Assembly: GCA_963779755.1 (NCBI GenBank)
Contig: CAVZZO010000001.1
Coordinates: 2,208,001-2,272,000, forward strand
Direction of reading: 5' to 3'
DNA length: 64,000 bases
From: an uncultured Gemmatimonadales bacterium
Lineage (GTDB): Bacteria > Gemmatimonadota > Gemmatimonadetes > Gemmatimonadales > GWC2-71-9
In this document: positions 47,363 through 59,185 of the stretch, piece after piece
Layout of the letters: the number at the start of each line of letters is the position of its first letter
Numbering within the stretch: the stretch's first letter is position 1
Notes under the pieces: model-generated
Told to the model about the DNA's origin: nothing
Database searches by the model: none
The model's input: the letters and a program-made list of their open reading frames with translations, nothing else
Position numbers and translations under genes: made by a program

Positions 47363-48719
47363 GTCGCTGACCAACCGCTCGGCTCCCTGGGACAACTCGG
47401 CGGAGCAGGCGGTGCTGGGCGCGATGATGCTCGACCAGAACGCCGCCCTGCGCGCGGCGGAGCTGCTGGACCCCGCGCAGTTCTACCGCGAGGGGCACCG
47501 GCGGCTCTTCCGCGCCATGAGCCGGCTGGTCCAGCAGGGCGTGGTCATCGACCCGGTCACGCTGCGCGACGAGCTGGCCCGCCAGGGCGAGCTGGATCAG
47601 ACCGGCGGGGTCGAGTACCTCTCGGAGCTGGTGGATGCGGTCACCTCGCCCGGCAACGTCGAGGCGCACGCGAGGATCATCCGCGACAAGGCGGTGGTCC
47701 GCCAGCTGATCGAGACCGCCTCCAATATCATCTCCGAAGCCTACGAGCAGCGCTCCACCGCCAACGAGCTGCTGGACGTCGCCGAGTCGCGGGTCTTCCA
47801 GATTTCGCAGACCCGGCACGAACGGGGCTTCACCCGGATCAAGGAGATGCTCTCGGACACCATCGAGCGCATCGAGCAGCTGCAGAAGACCGGGAAGTCG
47901 GTCACCGGGGTACCCAGCGGCTTCAAGGATCTGGACGAGCTGACGGCGGGTTTCCAGCGCTCGGAGCTGATCATCGTGGCCGCCCGCCCGTCGATGGGCA
48001 AGACCGCCTTCTGCCTCAACGTGGCGGCGCATGCCGCCATCGAGGAAGAAGTCGGGGTCGCGCTCTTCTCGCTGGAAATGTCCAAGGAGTCGCTGGTGCA
48101 GCGGCTGCTCGCGTCGGAAGCCTGGGTGGATACCCAGAAGATCCGCCGCGGCGGGCTGCGCGATCTCGACTTTACCAATCTGGCCAAGGCGGCCGGCCGG
48201 CTGCACAGCTGTCCCATGTGGATCGACGACACCCCCGCGCTCACCCTTCTGGAAATGCGCTCCAAGGCCCGGCGGCTCAAGGCGCAGAACGAGATCGGGC
48301 TGGTGATCGTGGATTATCTCCAGCTCATGCGCAGTCCGGAGAAGGCGGAAAACCGGGTGCAGGAAATCAGCGAGATCAGCCGGTCGCTCAAGAGCCTGGC
48401 GCGGGAGCTGGAGACGCCGGTGGTGGCGCTGTCCCAGTTGTCGCGCGCCACCGAGCAGCGCGGCGGCGACCGGCGGCCCATTCTCTCCGATCTGCGCGAG
48501 TCCGGCGCCATCGAGCAGGACGCCGACCTGGTGCTCTTCATCCACCGGCCCGAGATGTACAAGCCGCCGGAGGAGGCCCGCCAGGAGGGGCTGGAAGGAA
48601 AGGCGGAGGTGATCGTCGGCAAGCAGCGCAACGGGCCCACGGGCACCGTGCAGCTGTTCTACCACAAGACGTTCACCCGCTTCGACGACCTGAGCAACCG
48701 GCCCGAGCCGGAGGCGTAG
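47325..48719 (+). CDS. dnaB: Replicative DNA helicase
   Basis: AEQAVLG, AARPSMGKT, FSLEM, IVDYLQLM, LSQLSR, DLRESGAIEQDAD, KQRNGPTG; no intein. Confidence 0.97.
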   Translation: MTFVSPVSSSSSESLTNRSAPWDNSAEQAVLGAMMLDQNAALRAAELLDPAQFYREGHRRLFRAMSRLVQQGVVIDPVTLRDELARQGELDQTGGVEYLSELVDAVTSPGNVEAHARIIRDKAVVRQLIETASNIISEAYEQRSTANELLDVAESRVFQISQTRHERGFTRIKEMLSDTIERIEQLQKTGKSVTGVPSGFKDLDELTAGFQRSELIIVAARPSMGKTAFCLNVAAHAAIEEEVGVALFSLEMSKESLVQRLLASEAWVDTQKIRRGGLRDLDFTNLAKAAGRLHSCPMWIDDTPALTLLEMRSKARRLKAQNEIGLVIVDYLQLMRSPEKAENRVQEISEISRSLKSLARELETPVVALSQLSRATEQRGGDRRPILSDLRESGAIEQDADLVLFIHRPEMYKPPEEARQEGLEGKAEVIVGKQRNGPTGTVQLFYHKTFTRFDDLSNRPEPEA

Positions 48720-48910
48720 TCAGGAGCCAGTACGCCTGCCGGATGTCCCGCCTGCGCCCTGCGCTGATTCGCCTCGGGGCAATCCTCCACCATCAGCTGC
48801 TATCTCTGTCCCCCGGCGGTCTCGGCGGTGAGTACACGCCGCAGTGCCGGGACTATTCCATCCCGCCCGACCCGGCGATATTTCCCACCCCATTCCACCG
48901 GACGACCTGA

Positions 48911-50272
48911 GTGCCCCGACCCCGATCCGTCTACCGCTGCCTCGAGTGTGGCCACGATCATCCCAAGTGGGTCGGGCGCTGCGAGGCATGCGGAGAATGG
49001 AACACCGTCGCCGAGGAGCCCCTCAGCCTGACGCCCGGACGGCCGGACACCCGGTCGGCAGGTGGGGGAGTGGTGAATCCGCCCCAGCGCCTCGCGGATA
49101 TCGCCGAGTCGCAGCTGACGCGCTGGCAGACCGGGCTGCGCGAGTTCGATTTCGTGCTGGGCGGCGGCCTCGTCCCCGGCTCCATGACCCTGGTGGGCGG
49201 GGAGCCGGGCATCGGCAAGTCCACCCTGCTGCTGCAGGTGGCCGCCCGGCTCGAGGCCTCGGGCCGCCGGGTGCTGTACGTGAGCGGGGAGGAGTCGCCC
49301 GAGCAGCTGCGACTCCGGGCCGACCGGCTGGAAGAAGACGCGGGGGCGGTGCACGTGCTGGGCGAAAACCGGCTCGAGGTGCTGCTGGAGGCGGCCGGGC
49401 GGCTGCCCGCCGACCTGGTCATCCTCGACTCCATTCAGACCGCGTACACCGACCTGCTGGAGGGGGCGCCGGGCAATGTGGGCCAGGTCCGCGAATGCGC
49501 GGCGCGGCTCATGCGCTTCGCCAAGGAGACCGGCATCGCCGTGATCACCGTCGGCCACGTCACCAAGGGCGGCGGCATCGCCGGCCCCAAGACCCTGGAG
49601 CACATTGTCGATACCGTGCTCTACTTCGAGGGCGAGGCGCATCACGACTACCGGCTGCTCCGCGCCACCAAGAACCGGTTCGGCTCGGTCGACGAGCTGG
49701 GCGTCTTCTCCATGGGGCCGCAGGGCCTGATCCAGGTGGCCAACCCGTCGGCGCTCTTCCTGGCGGCGCGCGACGCCTCCACCTGCGGCAGTGCCGTCAC
49801 CGCGCTCATGGAGGGGACCCGCCCCGTGCTGGTGGAGGTGCAGGCGCTGGCCGCCCATTCCGGCTTCGGAACGCCGCAGCGGGTGGCGACGGGCCTGGAG
49901 CAGAAGCGTCTCGCGGTGCTGCTGGCGGTGCTGGAGCGGAGGGGTGGAGTGGCCTTCGGCGACCTCGATGTCTTCGTGCAGGTGAGCGCGGGAGTCCGGC
50001 TGGCGGAGCCCGGTGCCGACCTGGCGGTCGCCGCCGCCCTGCTGTCCAGCCTGCACAACCGGCCGGCTCCCGCCCATACCTTGTTCCTGGGCGAGCTGGG
50101 CCTGGGGGGAGAAATCCGGCCCATCGCGGGGCTGGAGCGGCGGCTGGCCGAGGCCGGCCGGCTGGGATTCCAGCGGGCCATCGTTTCCGCGCGGAGCGGA
50201 TCGGCGGCGAGCGGGATCGCGCTGACCGGGCTTTCTCATATCGACCAGCTGGTGGCCACCCTTGCCGCGTGA
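48911..50272 (+). CDS. radA: DNA repair protein RadA/Sms
   Basis: CLECG..KWVGRCEACGEWNT, GEPGIGKST, KNRFG, GELGLGGE. Confidence 0.97.
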   Translation: MPRPRSVYRCLECGHDHPKWVGRCEACGEWNTVAEEPLSLTPGRPDTRSAGGGVVNPPQRLADIAESQLTRWQTGLREFDFVLGGGLVPGSMTLVGGEPGIGKSTLLLQVAARLEASGRRVLYVSGEESPEQLRLRADRLEEDAGAVHVLGENRLEVLLEAAGRLPADLVILDSIQTAYTDLLEGAPGNVGQVRECAARLMRFAKETGIAVITVGHVTKGGGIAGPKTLEHIVDTVLYFEGEAHHDYRLLRATKNRFGSVDELGVFSMGPQGLIQVANPSALFLAARDASTCGSAVTALMEGTRPVLVEVQALAAHSGFGTPQRVATGLEQKRLAVLLAVLERRGGVAFGDLDVFVQVSAGVRLAEPGADLAVAAALLSSLHNRPAPAHTLFLGELGLGGEIRPIAGLERRLAEAGRLGFQRAIVSARSGSAASGIALTGLSHIDQLVATLAA

Positions 50273-50957
50273 TATCGGCGTGGTGGTCGTGGCCGCCGGC
50301 CGCAGCCTGCGGATGGGAGGCGATCTCCCCAAGCAGTTCCGCCGTATCCGCGGTGTGCCCATGCTGCTGCGCGCCCTGCGGCCCTTCCTGGCGCACGACG
50401 AGGTGCGCCACGTCGTCGTGGTCCTCCCGCCGGACCGCGCCGCTTCACCGCCGCCCTGGCTGCGCACCGGCGGCGTCGAGCTCACCTGCGTCGCGGGCGG
50501 CGAGGAGCGGATGGACTCGGTGGAGGCCGGGGTCGCCGCATTGTCTCAGCCATGTCGCGGGGTGCTGGTGCACGACGGCGCCCGGCCCTTCGTCACGGCC
50601 GGGGTGGTGGACGCCGTGATCCGCCGGGTGCAGGCGGGCACCGCGGCGGTGGCCGCCGTTCCGTTGCATGATACGCTGAAGAGCACCATCGAGGACGACG
50701 ACCGGCGTCTGGTTTCGGGGACGGTGTCGCGTGAAGGCCTGTGGCGGGCGCAGACCCCGCAGGGCTTCGCCCGCGCCCAGCTGGAAGAAGCCTTCGCGGC
50801 AGCGCGGCGCGACGGCGTAGCCGGTACCGATGAGGCCATGCTGATCGAACGGCTGGGGCACCCGGTCGAGATCGTTCCCGACTCTCCCTGGAATATCAAG
50901 GTGACTACGCCGGACGACTTCGCGCTCGCCGAGTGCATCGCCCGCGGCAAGACATGA
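50262..50957 (+). CDS. ispD: 2-C-methyl-D-erythritol 4-phosphate cytidylyltransferase
   Basis: AAGRSLRMG..PKQF, GGEERMDSV, VHDGARPF, QTPQGF, NIKVTTPDD. Confidence 0.95.
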   Translation: MPRDIGVVVVAAGRSLRMGGDLPKQFRRIRGVPMLLRALRPFLAHDEVRHVVVVLPPDRAASPPPWLRTGGVELTCVAGGEERMDSVEAGVAALSQPCRGVLVHDGARPFVTAGVVDAVIRRVQAGTAAVAAVPLHDTLKSTIEDDDRRLVSGTVSREGLWRAQTPQGFARAQLEEAFAAARRDGVAGTDEAMLIERLGHPVEIVPDSPWNIKVTTPDDFALAECIARGKT

Positions 50958-51604
50958 CGTTGCCGTTTCTGACCTCCGCGGACGTCGATGCCGCCCTCCC
51001 GGCGGTCCGGGACCATCTCGCCGCGGGCAAGGTGCTGGGCTATCCCACCGAGACGGTCTATGGCCTGGGCTCGGCACCGGAAGCGGCGGGGCTCGGCGCT
51101 CTGGCACGGCTCAAGGGGCGCCCGGAAGGCAAACCGTTCCTGCTGCTGGTGGCCGGCCGGCCCATGGCGGAGCGCTGGGGGCTGGTGTTCAATACCTCCG
51201 CGGCGGCGCTGTCGGCGGCGTTCTGGCCCGGGCCGCTGACCCTGGTCCTGCCAGGCGGGGAGGGGAAGCTGCCCGACCTGCTCCGCGGCCGTGAAGGCGG
51301 CATCGCCGTGCGCGATACCTCGCATCCGGGAGTGCGCCGGCTGGTGCGCGGCCTGGGCTATCCCATTACCTCAACCTCCGCCAATCGTCCCGGCGGCCGA
51401 CCGGCGCCGGGCGCGGCGGCGCTGGGCGAGATCTTCCGGCCGGAGATCGAGCGCGGAGAACTGCTGGTGCTCGATGGCGGTGTGCTGGGCAACGTCCCGC
51501 CCTCGACCCTGGTGGACTGCACGACGCGGGTCCCCATGCTGATCCGGGAGGGCGCCCTGCCGCGGGCCGAGTTGCGGCGGGCGGTGGGGCGGCTCGCGCC
51601 CTGA
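50954..51604 (+). CDS. tsaC: L-threonylcarbamoyladenylate synthase (Sua5/YrdC)
   Basis: PTETVYGL, KGRP, FWPGPLTLV, STSANR, PSTLVD. Confidence 0.94.
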   Translation: MTLPFLTSADVDAALPAVRDHLAAGKVLGYPTETVYGLGSAPEAAGLGALARLKGRPEGKPFLLLVAGRPMAERWGLVFNTSAAALSAAFWPGPLTLVLPGGEGKLPDLLRGREGGIAVRDTSHPGVRRLVRGLGYPITSTSANRPGGRPAPGAAALGEIFRPEIERGELLVLDGGVLGNVPPSTLVDCTTRVPMLIREGALPRAELRRAVGRLAP

Positions 51605-51738
51605 GGTACCATCCCGCATTGCTGTGACGCAGGACCATCGCATTCCCCGACCAATCTTTTACGTTTCAGCCTTGCCGGAGCGGGCCTTTGCGCCCGATGC
51701 CGTCCCAAAGCTGTTGTCTCCGTGCCCATGCGGTGTCA

Positions 51739-52212
51739 ATGCGTCTGCTTGTGGTCTGTACCGGAAATACCTGCCGCAGTCCGATGGCCGAGTTGCTGCT
51801 CCGGCACGCCCTGCGGGAGCAGGGCGATACCGATACCGACCTGGGCTCGGCGGGCGTTGGCGCGGTGGGGGGGGAGCCCGCGTCGGAGGGGGCGTATCTG
51901 GTGGCGCTGGAGCATGGGCAGGACCTGAGCGACCACCGCTCGCGTCATCTGAACCGGGAGATGGCCGACCAGGCAGATCTGATCCTGGTGATGTCCTCCC
52001 GGCATCGGGAGCATCTGCAGGCAATGCTGGGCGACGCGGCCGGCGACAAGGTCGTGCTGCTGGGCGAATACGCCGGCCTGAGCGGTGATGCGGCCGAAGT
52101 GAGCGATCCCTTCGGCGCCGATCTGGAGCAGTATCGCGAGACCTGGGACCAGCTGGAGCGGCTGACCCGCGCCGCGGCGGCCCGGCTGCGCTCGCAGAGG
52201 CGCCGGCGGTGA
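51739..52212 (+). CDS. Low-molecular-weight protein phosphatase, YwlE-like (arginine phosphatase candidate)
   Basis: P-loop VCTGNTCRSPMAE, SAG, ADLILVM, DPFG. Confidence 0.9.
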   Translation: MRLLVVCTGNTCRSPMAELLLRHALREQGDTDTDLGSAGVGAVGGEPASEGAYLVALEHGQDLSDHRSRHLNREMADQADLILVMSSRHREHLQAMLGDAAGDKVVLLGEYAGLSGDAAEVSDPFGADLEQYRETWDQLERLTRAAAARLRSQRRRR

Positions 52213-52980
52213 TCAGCGGGCACACGCGTGTCTTTGCGCTGCTGGGCGCGTCGCTGGGGCATTCGCTCTCGCCCGCCATGCAGAACGCGGCCATCCGTGC
52301 CCTGGGCCTCGATGCGGTGTACGTGCCGCTGGCGTGCCACGAGGCCGAGGTGCCGGCGCTCATGACCGCGCTGGCCCGCGCGGGCGGGGGTGGCAACGTC
52401 ACCGTTCCTTTCAAGGAAACCGCGGCGGGGGCGGTGGGGCAGGCCAGCGAGCGGCTGCATATCTGCGGCGCCTGCAATACCTTCTGGGGGGCCGGCGGCG
52501 CGGTCGCGGGTGAGAACACCGACGTGGACGGTATTCTCTACTCGCTCGACCGGCTGGAAGCGCCCTGCAGCCGCTGGCTGGTACTCGGCACCGGCGGATC
52601 GGCTCGCGCGGTGGCCACGGCGGCCCGGGAACGGGGCGCCGGCCTGGCGGTGCGCTCCCGCTCGCCCCACCGGCGGCTGGAGTTCGAGAAGTGGCTGGTC
52701 GCCCGGGAGATCCGGCTCGCCATCGCGGAGGAATGCGAGGTGTTGATCAACGCGACGCCGGTGGGCATGAATCCGGGAGATGCGCTGCCGCTGGCGCTGG
52801 ACGAAACGCCGGCCGCCGCCGCGGCGCTCGACCTGGTCTATCGCCGGCAGGAAACGCCCTGGGTGCATGCCATGCGGCGGCGGGGCATGCGCGCCTGCGA
52901 TGGACGCGACGTGCTGGTGGTGCAGGGGGCGGTCGCGTTCGAGCGCTGGTTCGGCGAGCGGGCGCCGCTCGAGGTGATGC

Positions 52981-53009
<29 letters not shown>
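52209..53009 (+). CDS. aroE: Shikimate dehydrogenase
   Basis: HSLSPAMQN, NVTVPFK, ACNT, NTDVDG, GTGGSARA, INATPVGM. Confidence 0.94.
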
Positions 53010-54808
<1,799 letters not shown>

Positions 54809-54809
54809 G

Positions 54810-54938
54810 GGTGAGCGGTGAGCGGTGAGCGGCGGAATCCTTCCCGGCTTGCCGCTCCCGCGACCCTGTTCCCTGTTCCCTGTTCCCTGTTCCCTGTTCC
54901 CCTTCCCGCTTACTGCTTACCGCTCACCGTTCACCGCC
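54810..54938. repeat. Nested heptamer element: GGTGAGC x3 ... CCCTGTT x5 ... CCGCTTA/CCGCTCA arm
   Basis: Outer arms are complementary; an inner array of another heptamer family lies between them; fills the gap-pgk spacer. Confidence 0.88.
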
Positions 54939-56135
54939 ATGCCCAAACGCACTCTCCAGGATCTTCCGCCCGCCGCCCTCGAGGGCAAGCGCGCGCTGGT
55001 GCGCGTCGACTTCAACGTCCCGTTGAAGGACGGCGCGGTCGCCGACGATATCCGGATCCGTGCCTCCCTGCCGACCATCCGCTATCTGCGGGAACACGGC
55101 GCGCGGGTGGTGCTGCTGTCGCACCTGGGGCGCCCCAGGGGCGGCCCCGATCCGAAATACTCTCTGGCCCCGGTGGCCCACGCGCTGGAGTCCCTGCTGG
55201 GAGCGCCGGTGACGTTCATCGAACATCCGGATCGGCCGGATGCCGTCGCCGCGACCCGGCGCCTCACCCGGGGTGGCGTGGCGCTGGTAGAGAACACCCG
55301 GTTCTTCCCCGGCGAAGAGAAGAACGACCCCGCCACCGCGAAGATGCTGGCGGCGCTGGGCGATTTCTACGTCAACGACGCCTTCGGCTCGGCTCATCGG
55401 GCGCACGCCAGCACCGAAGGGGTGGCCCATCTGCTCAAACCCGCCGTCTCCGGATTCCTGATGGAAAAGGAACTTCAGTTCCTGGGCCACGCGCTGGACC
55501 AGCCCCGGCGCCCCTTCGTGGCGGTCCTGGGTGGGGCGAAAATCTCGGGCAAGATCGACCTGGTCGAGGCGCTGCTGCCCAAGGTGGACGCGATCCTCAT
55601 GGGTGGCGCGATGGCCTGCACCTTCTTCCGGGCCATGGGACTGGAGACCGGTACCTCGCTGGTGGAGGAAGACCGGCTGGATATGGCCCGCGGGCTGATG
55701 CAGAAAGCGGGCGATACGCTGGTGCTGCCGGCCGGCGCGGTGATCGCGCAGGAACTCAAGCCGGGCGTCGAGACCCGCGCCGTGGCGCGTGACGCCATCC
55801 CGCCGGGCTGGGCCATGTATGATATCGATCCGGCCACGGAGCAGGAATTCACCCGGCGCATCCAGTCGGCCGGAACGGTGGTCTGGAACGGCCCCATGGG
55901 CGTCTTCGAGACACCGCCGTTCGACCATGGTACCCGCGCCGTGGCCCAGGCCATGGCCGCCGCCACCGGCAGCGGGACGATCACCGTGGTGGGCGGCGGC
56001 GACTCGGCCGCGGCGGTGGCGGAAGCGGGCCTGAGCGACCGGATGACCCACGTCAGCACCGGCGGAGGTGCCTCCCTGGAGTTCCTGGAGGGCAAGCCGC
56101 TCCCCGGCGTCACGGCACTCGACGACAAGGACTAG
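54939..56135 (+). CDS. pgk: Phosphoglycerate kinase
   Basis: VRVDFNVP, SHLGRP, ENTRF, NDAFGSAHRAH, WNGPMGVFE, STGGGASLE. Confidence 0.98.
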   Translation: MPKRTLQDLPPAALEGKRALVRVDFNVPLKDGAVADDIRIRASLPTIRYLREHGARVVLLSHLGRPRGGPDPKYSLAPVAHALESLLGAPVTFIEHPDRPDAVAATRRLTRGGVALVENTRFFPGEEKNDPATAKMLAALGDFYVNDAFGSAHRAHASTEGVAHLLKPAVSGFLMEKELQFLGHALDQPRRPFVAVLGGAKISGKIDLVEALLPKVDAILMGGAMACTFFRAMGLETGTSLVEEDRLDMARGLMQKAGDTLVLPAGAVIAQELKPGVETRAVARDAIPPGWAMYDIDPATEQEFTRRIQSAGTVVWNGPMGVFETPPFDHGTRAVAQAMAAATGSGTITVVGGGDSAAAVAEAGLSDRMTHVSTGGGASLEFLEGKPLPGVTALDDKD

Positions 56136-56138
56136 CCC

Positions 56139-56879
56139 GTGCTGCTCTTCGCCGCCAACTGGAAGATGCACACCGCGCCGCAGGAGGCGCGGGAGTACCT
56201 GCGCCGGTTTCTCGATCGAACGCCGGCCCGGGAGGACCGGGAGATCTGGTTCTTCCCGCCCGCCGTGTCGCTCGAGGCGGTGGCGGAGGGACTGGCCGGC
56301 CGCAGCGATACCCGGGCCGGCGCCCAGAACGTCTACTGGGAGCCGAAGGGCGCCTTCACCGGCGAGATCTCGGCAGCGCTGGCGCGGGGCGCCGGCGCCA
56401 CCACGGCGCTGGTCGGCCATTCCGAGCGGCGCCACGTCTTCGGCGAGACCGAGAGCGAGACGGCCAAGAAAGTCCGCGCCCTTCTGGAGGCAGGCATGAT
56501 TCCGGTCCTGTGTGTGGGTGAGAAGCTCGAGGAGCGCGAAGCGGACGAGACGGAGAACGTCGTGCTGCGCCAGCTGGGCTCCGCCTGCGCCACACTGCCG
56601 GAGGAGGAATTGCGCCGCGTGGTGATCGCCTACGAGCCGGTCTGGGCCATCGGCACCGGACGCAATGCCACGCCGGCCGACGCGGCCCGGGTCCATGCGG
56701 CCATCCGCTCGGCGCTGCGCGACCGGGGAGCGCCGGATGCGCGAATTCTCTACGGCGGCAGCGTCAACCAGAAGAACATCGCCCAGCTGCTGGCGGAGCC
56801 GGAGATCAACGGCGTCCTGGTGGGCGGGGCCAGCCTCGATCCGGATACCTGGAGCGCGATCACTGGGGGCGCCGGATAA
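56139..56879 (+). CDS. tpiA: Triosephosphate isomerase
   Basis: ANWKM, GAFTGEIS, GHSERR, AYEPVWAIGTG, YGGSV, LVGGASL. Confidence 0.98.
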   Translation: MLLFAANWKMHTAPQEAREYLRRFLDRTPAREDREIWFFPPAVSLEAVAEGLAGRSDTRAGAQNVYWEPKGAFTGEISAALARGAGATTALVGHSERRHVFGETESETAKKVRALLEAGMIPVLCVGEKLEEREADETENVVLRQLGSACATLPEEELRRVVIAYEPVWAIGTGRNATPADAARVHAAIRSALRDRGAPDARILYGGSVNQKNIAQLLAEPEINGVLVGGASLDPDTWSAITGGAG

Positions 56880-56884
56880 CTGCC

Positions 56885-57051
56885 CACCGCGAAGACGCGA
56901 AGGACGCGAAGAACGCGACGAACCGCAAACGACTTTGTGTGGCTGTCACCAATCCCAAATGCTGGTTAGTCCTGCCATGCAGATCAATCTGTATCAGGAC
57001 CCCCAACAGAGTTGTTCTTCGCGTCCTTCGCGCTTTCGCGTCTTCGCGGTG
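56885..57051. repeat. ACCGCGAAG-family tandem-repeat inverted element
   Basis: CACCGCGAAGACGCGAAGGACGCGAAGAAC ... GTTCTTCGCGTCCTTCGCGCTTTCGCGTCTTCGCGGTG around a lower-GC core. Confidence 0.88.
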
Positions 57052-57094
57052 AAAAGCAGTCCTTGGCGTCATTCACGTCCGCGGTTTCGCTCCC

Positions 57095-57123
57095 TTGCCC
57101 TAAGGTGTTCCGGGGATTAGACT
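57095..57123 (+). promoter_or_regulatory. Putative sigma70 promoter for secG
   Basis: TTGCCC-N17-TAGACT ending 10 nt before the ATG. Confidence 0.5.
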
Positions 57124-57133
57124 TTCCGCGCGT

Positions 57134-57535
57134 ATGTATACTTTCTTTCTGATTCTGCTCATCCTCGACGCCATCCTGCTGTCGGTCGTGGTGCTCATGC
57201 AGGCGGGGCAGGGGGGCGGGCTCGCCTCCCTGGGCGGCGGCACCAGCGACATGGTCGTGGGCGGGCGCCAGGCCGTGACCATCCTGACCAAGGCCACCTG
57301 GTGGACCGGCGGCATCTTCCTGTTCCTCTCTCTGCTGCTCTCGGTGCTCTACGCCCATCGGGGCACACCGGGCTCCTCGGCGGTGCAGGAGCAGCTGCAG
57401 CAGACGGCTCCGGTGACGCAGCAAGCGCCTCTTCCCGGCGATAACAACGCCGCCCCGGCCAATGCCGGTGGCGCGCCCACCAGCCAACCGCAGGCTCCGG
57501 CGCAACAGCCGGCGACGCCGCCCAAGCAGCCTTGA
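57134..57535 (+). CDS. secG: Preprotein translocase subunit SecG
   Basis: Two TM segments, VLMQAGQGGGL, LTKATW; follows tpiA. Confidence 0.93.
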   Translation: MYTFFLILLILDAILLSVVVLMQAGQGGGLASLGGGTSDMVVGGRQAVTILTKATWWTGGIFLFLSLLLSVLYAHRGTPGSSAVQEQLQQTAPVTQQAPLPGDNNAAPANAGGAPTSQPQAPAQQPATPPKQP

Positions 57536-57581
57536 CGGCGCTGGTCTTCCCCAGCCGGGGAATGCGACGCGGGGGGGCCCG

Positions 57582-58697
57582 GTGAGCGGCCGCCCCGCGT
57601 TCGTGCTGCTGGAGGACGGCACCTGGTTTTCGGGCTCGCTGGTCTTCCCCTCCGGGCCCGCCTTCGGTGAGGTGGTCTTCACCACCAACCTGAGCGGCTA
57701 CCAGGAGACGTTCACCGATCCCAGCTATCTGGGCCAGATCGTCGTGATGACGGCTCCCATGATCGGCAACTACGGTATCAACCCCGAGGACATGGAATCG
57801 GGCCATCCGCAGATCAGCGGCGTGGTGGTGCGCGAGCTGGCCCGGCACCCCTCCAACTGGCGCTCCACCAGGCCGCTGGGGGAATGGCTGCACGAGGCCG
57901 GCATCCCGGTGCTGGAAGAGGTCGATACCCGGCGTCTCACCCGGCACATCCGCGAGCGGGGCGCCATGCGCGGCGTGATCGCCGAAGGGCTCGAGCCCAC
58001 CCGTGAGCTGATCGGGCAGCTGCAGGCCTCACCCCGCATGGACGGGCTCGACCTGGCCTCCCGCGCCACTGTCGACCAGCCGGTGACCGAAGGCAGCGGG
58101 CCTCACGTGGTCGCTGTCGACTACGGCATGAAGCGCAATATCGTGCGCATGATGGTGCAGCTGGGACTCAAGGTGACCACCGTCCCCTCGACCACCACCG
58201 CTGCCGCGATCCGGGCTCTGCAACCGGACGGGCTCTTTCTCTCCAACGGCCCCGGCGATCCCTCTGCGGTTGACTATGCGTTCAGCACGATCCGGGAGCT
58301 CGCCGAGTCCGAGCTCCCGACCTTCGGGATCTGCCTGGGGCATCAGCTTATCGGCCTGGCGTTCGGAGGAAAAACGGTCAAGCTCCCCTATGGTCATCGC
58401 GGTGGCAATCATCCGGTGCGCGAGTTGGCGACCGGGCGAGTACTGATCACGTCCCAGAACCACGGATTTGCCGTCGCCGGGGGGCCGGAGGGCATTCCAG
58501 GGGCTCCTGACCTGGAGGTCACCCACCTCAATCTGAACGACGGTACGGTCGAAGGACTGCGCCACCGGAGCCTCCCACTATTCGCTGTTCAGTACCATCC
58601 GGAGGCCTCTCCAGGGCCCCATGATGCCTACCCCCACTTTGCCGAGTTCCTGCGGCTGCTGCGGTCGCGGAGTGCCTCCGGCGCCCCAACCCCTTGA
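57582..58697 (+). CDS. carA: Carbamoyl-phosphate synthase small subunit
   Basis: LLEDG, GEVVFTT, GYQE..TDPSY, LSNGPGDP, GICLGHQ, TSQNHGFAV, QYHPEASPGP. Confidence 0.96.
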   Translation: MSGRPAFVLLEDGTWFSGSLVFPSGPAFGEVVFTTNLSGYQETFTDPSYLGQIVVMTAPMIGNYGINPEDMESGHPQISGVVVRELARHPSNWRSTRPLGEWLHEAGIPVLEEVDTRRLTRHIRERGAMRGVIAEGLEPTRELIGQLQASPRMDGLDLASRATVDQPVTEGSGPHVVAVDYGMKRNIVRMMVQLGLKVTTVPSTTTAAAIRALQPDGLFLSNGPGDPSAVDYAFSTIRELAESELPTFGICLGHQLIGLAFGGKTVKLPYGHRGGNHPVRELATGRVLITSQNHGFAVAGGPEGIPGAPDLEVTHLNLNDGTVEGLRHRSLPLFAVQYHPEASPGPHDAYPHFAEFLRLLRSRSASGAPTP

Positions 58698-58722
58698 CAG
58701 TCAACAGGTAAGCTCGTAGCAT
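58694..58722 (+). promoter_or_regulatory. Sigma70 promoter for the HU/IHF gene
   Basis: TTGACA-N17-TAGCAT; the -35 is part of the palindrome TTGAC-A-GTCAA. Confidence 0.75.
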
Positions 58723-58780
58723 AGCCACTGGGTTCCCTCTCCGCGGGGTACCCTGTTGGTGTGACCTCCAGGGGGGATTA

Positions 58781-59107
58781 ATGACCAAAGCCGATCTCGT
58801 GGAGAAGGTGACGGAGTCCATCGCCCGCACATCCGGGCCCATGATCTCGAAGAAGGACTGCGCCCGCGTGGTGGACGCCTTCCTCGATGCGATCAAGGAG
58901 GCATTGCGTCAGCAGCAGAACATTGAGGTGCGCGGGTTTGGCACGTTCAAGATCCGGCGCCGCAAGACCCGCATGGCGCGCAACCCTCGCACCGGCGAGC
59001 CGGTCGAAGTCGCGGCCCGTCCGGTTCCCGTCTTCAAGCCCAGCAAGGAGTTGCGTGGGCTGGTAGCGGAGGCCGAAGAGAATGTGCCGGCCGAACCTTC
59101 CGCGTGA
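58781..59107 (+). CDS. HU/IHF family DNA-binding protein
   Basis: MTKADLV, IEVRGFGTF, ARNPRTGE, PVFKPSKEL. Confidence 0.96.
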   Translation: MTKADLVEKVTESIARTSGPMISKKDCARVVDAFLDAIKEALRQQQNIEVRGFGTFKIRRRKTRMARNPRTGEPVEVAARPVPVFKPSKELRGLVAEAEENVPAEPSA

Positions 59108-59128
59108 GGCTCGGCAGGCGCAGTTCCG

Positions 59129-59156
59129 GGGGGCCCTTGGGGCCCCCTTTTATTTT
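59129..59156 (+). terminator. Intrinsic terminator
   Basis: GGGGGCCC-ttg-GGGCCCCC followed by TTTTATTTT. Confidence 0.85.
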
Positions 59157-59185
59157 CAAGTGAGATTGCAGAGGGATACGGGCCA

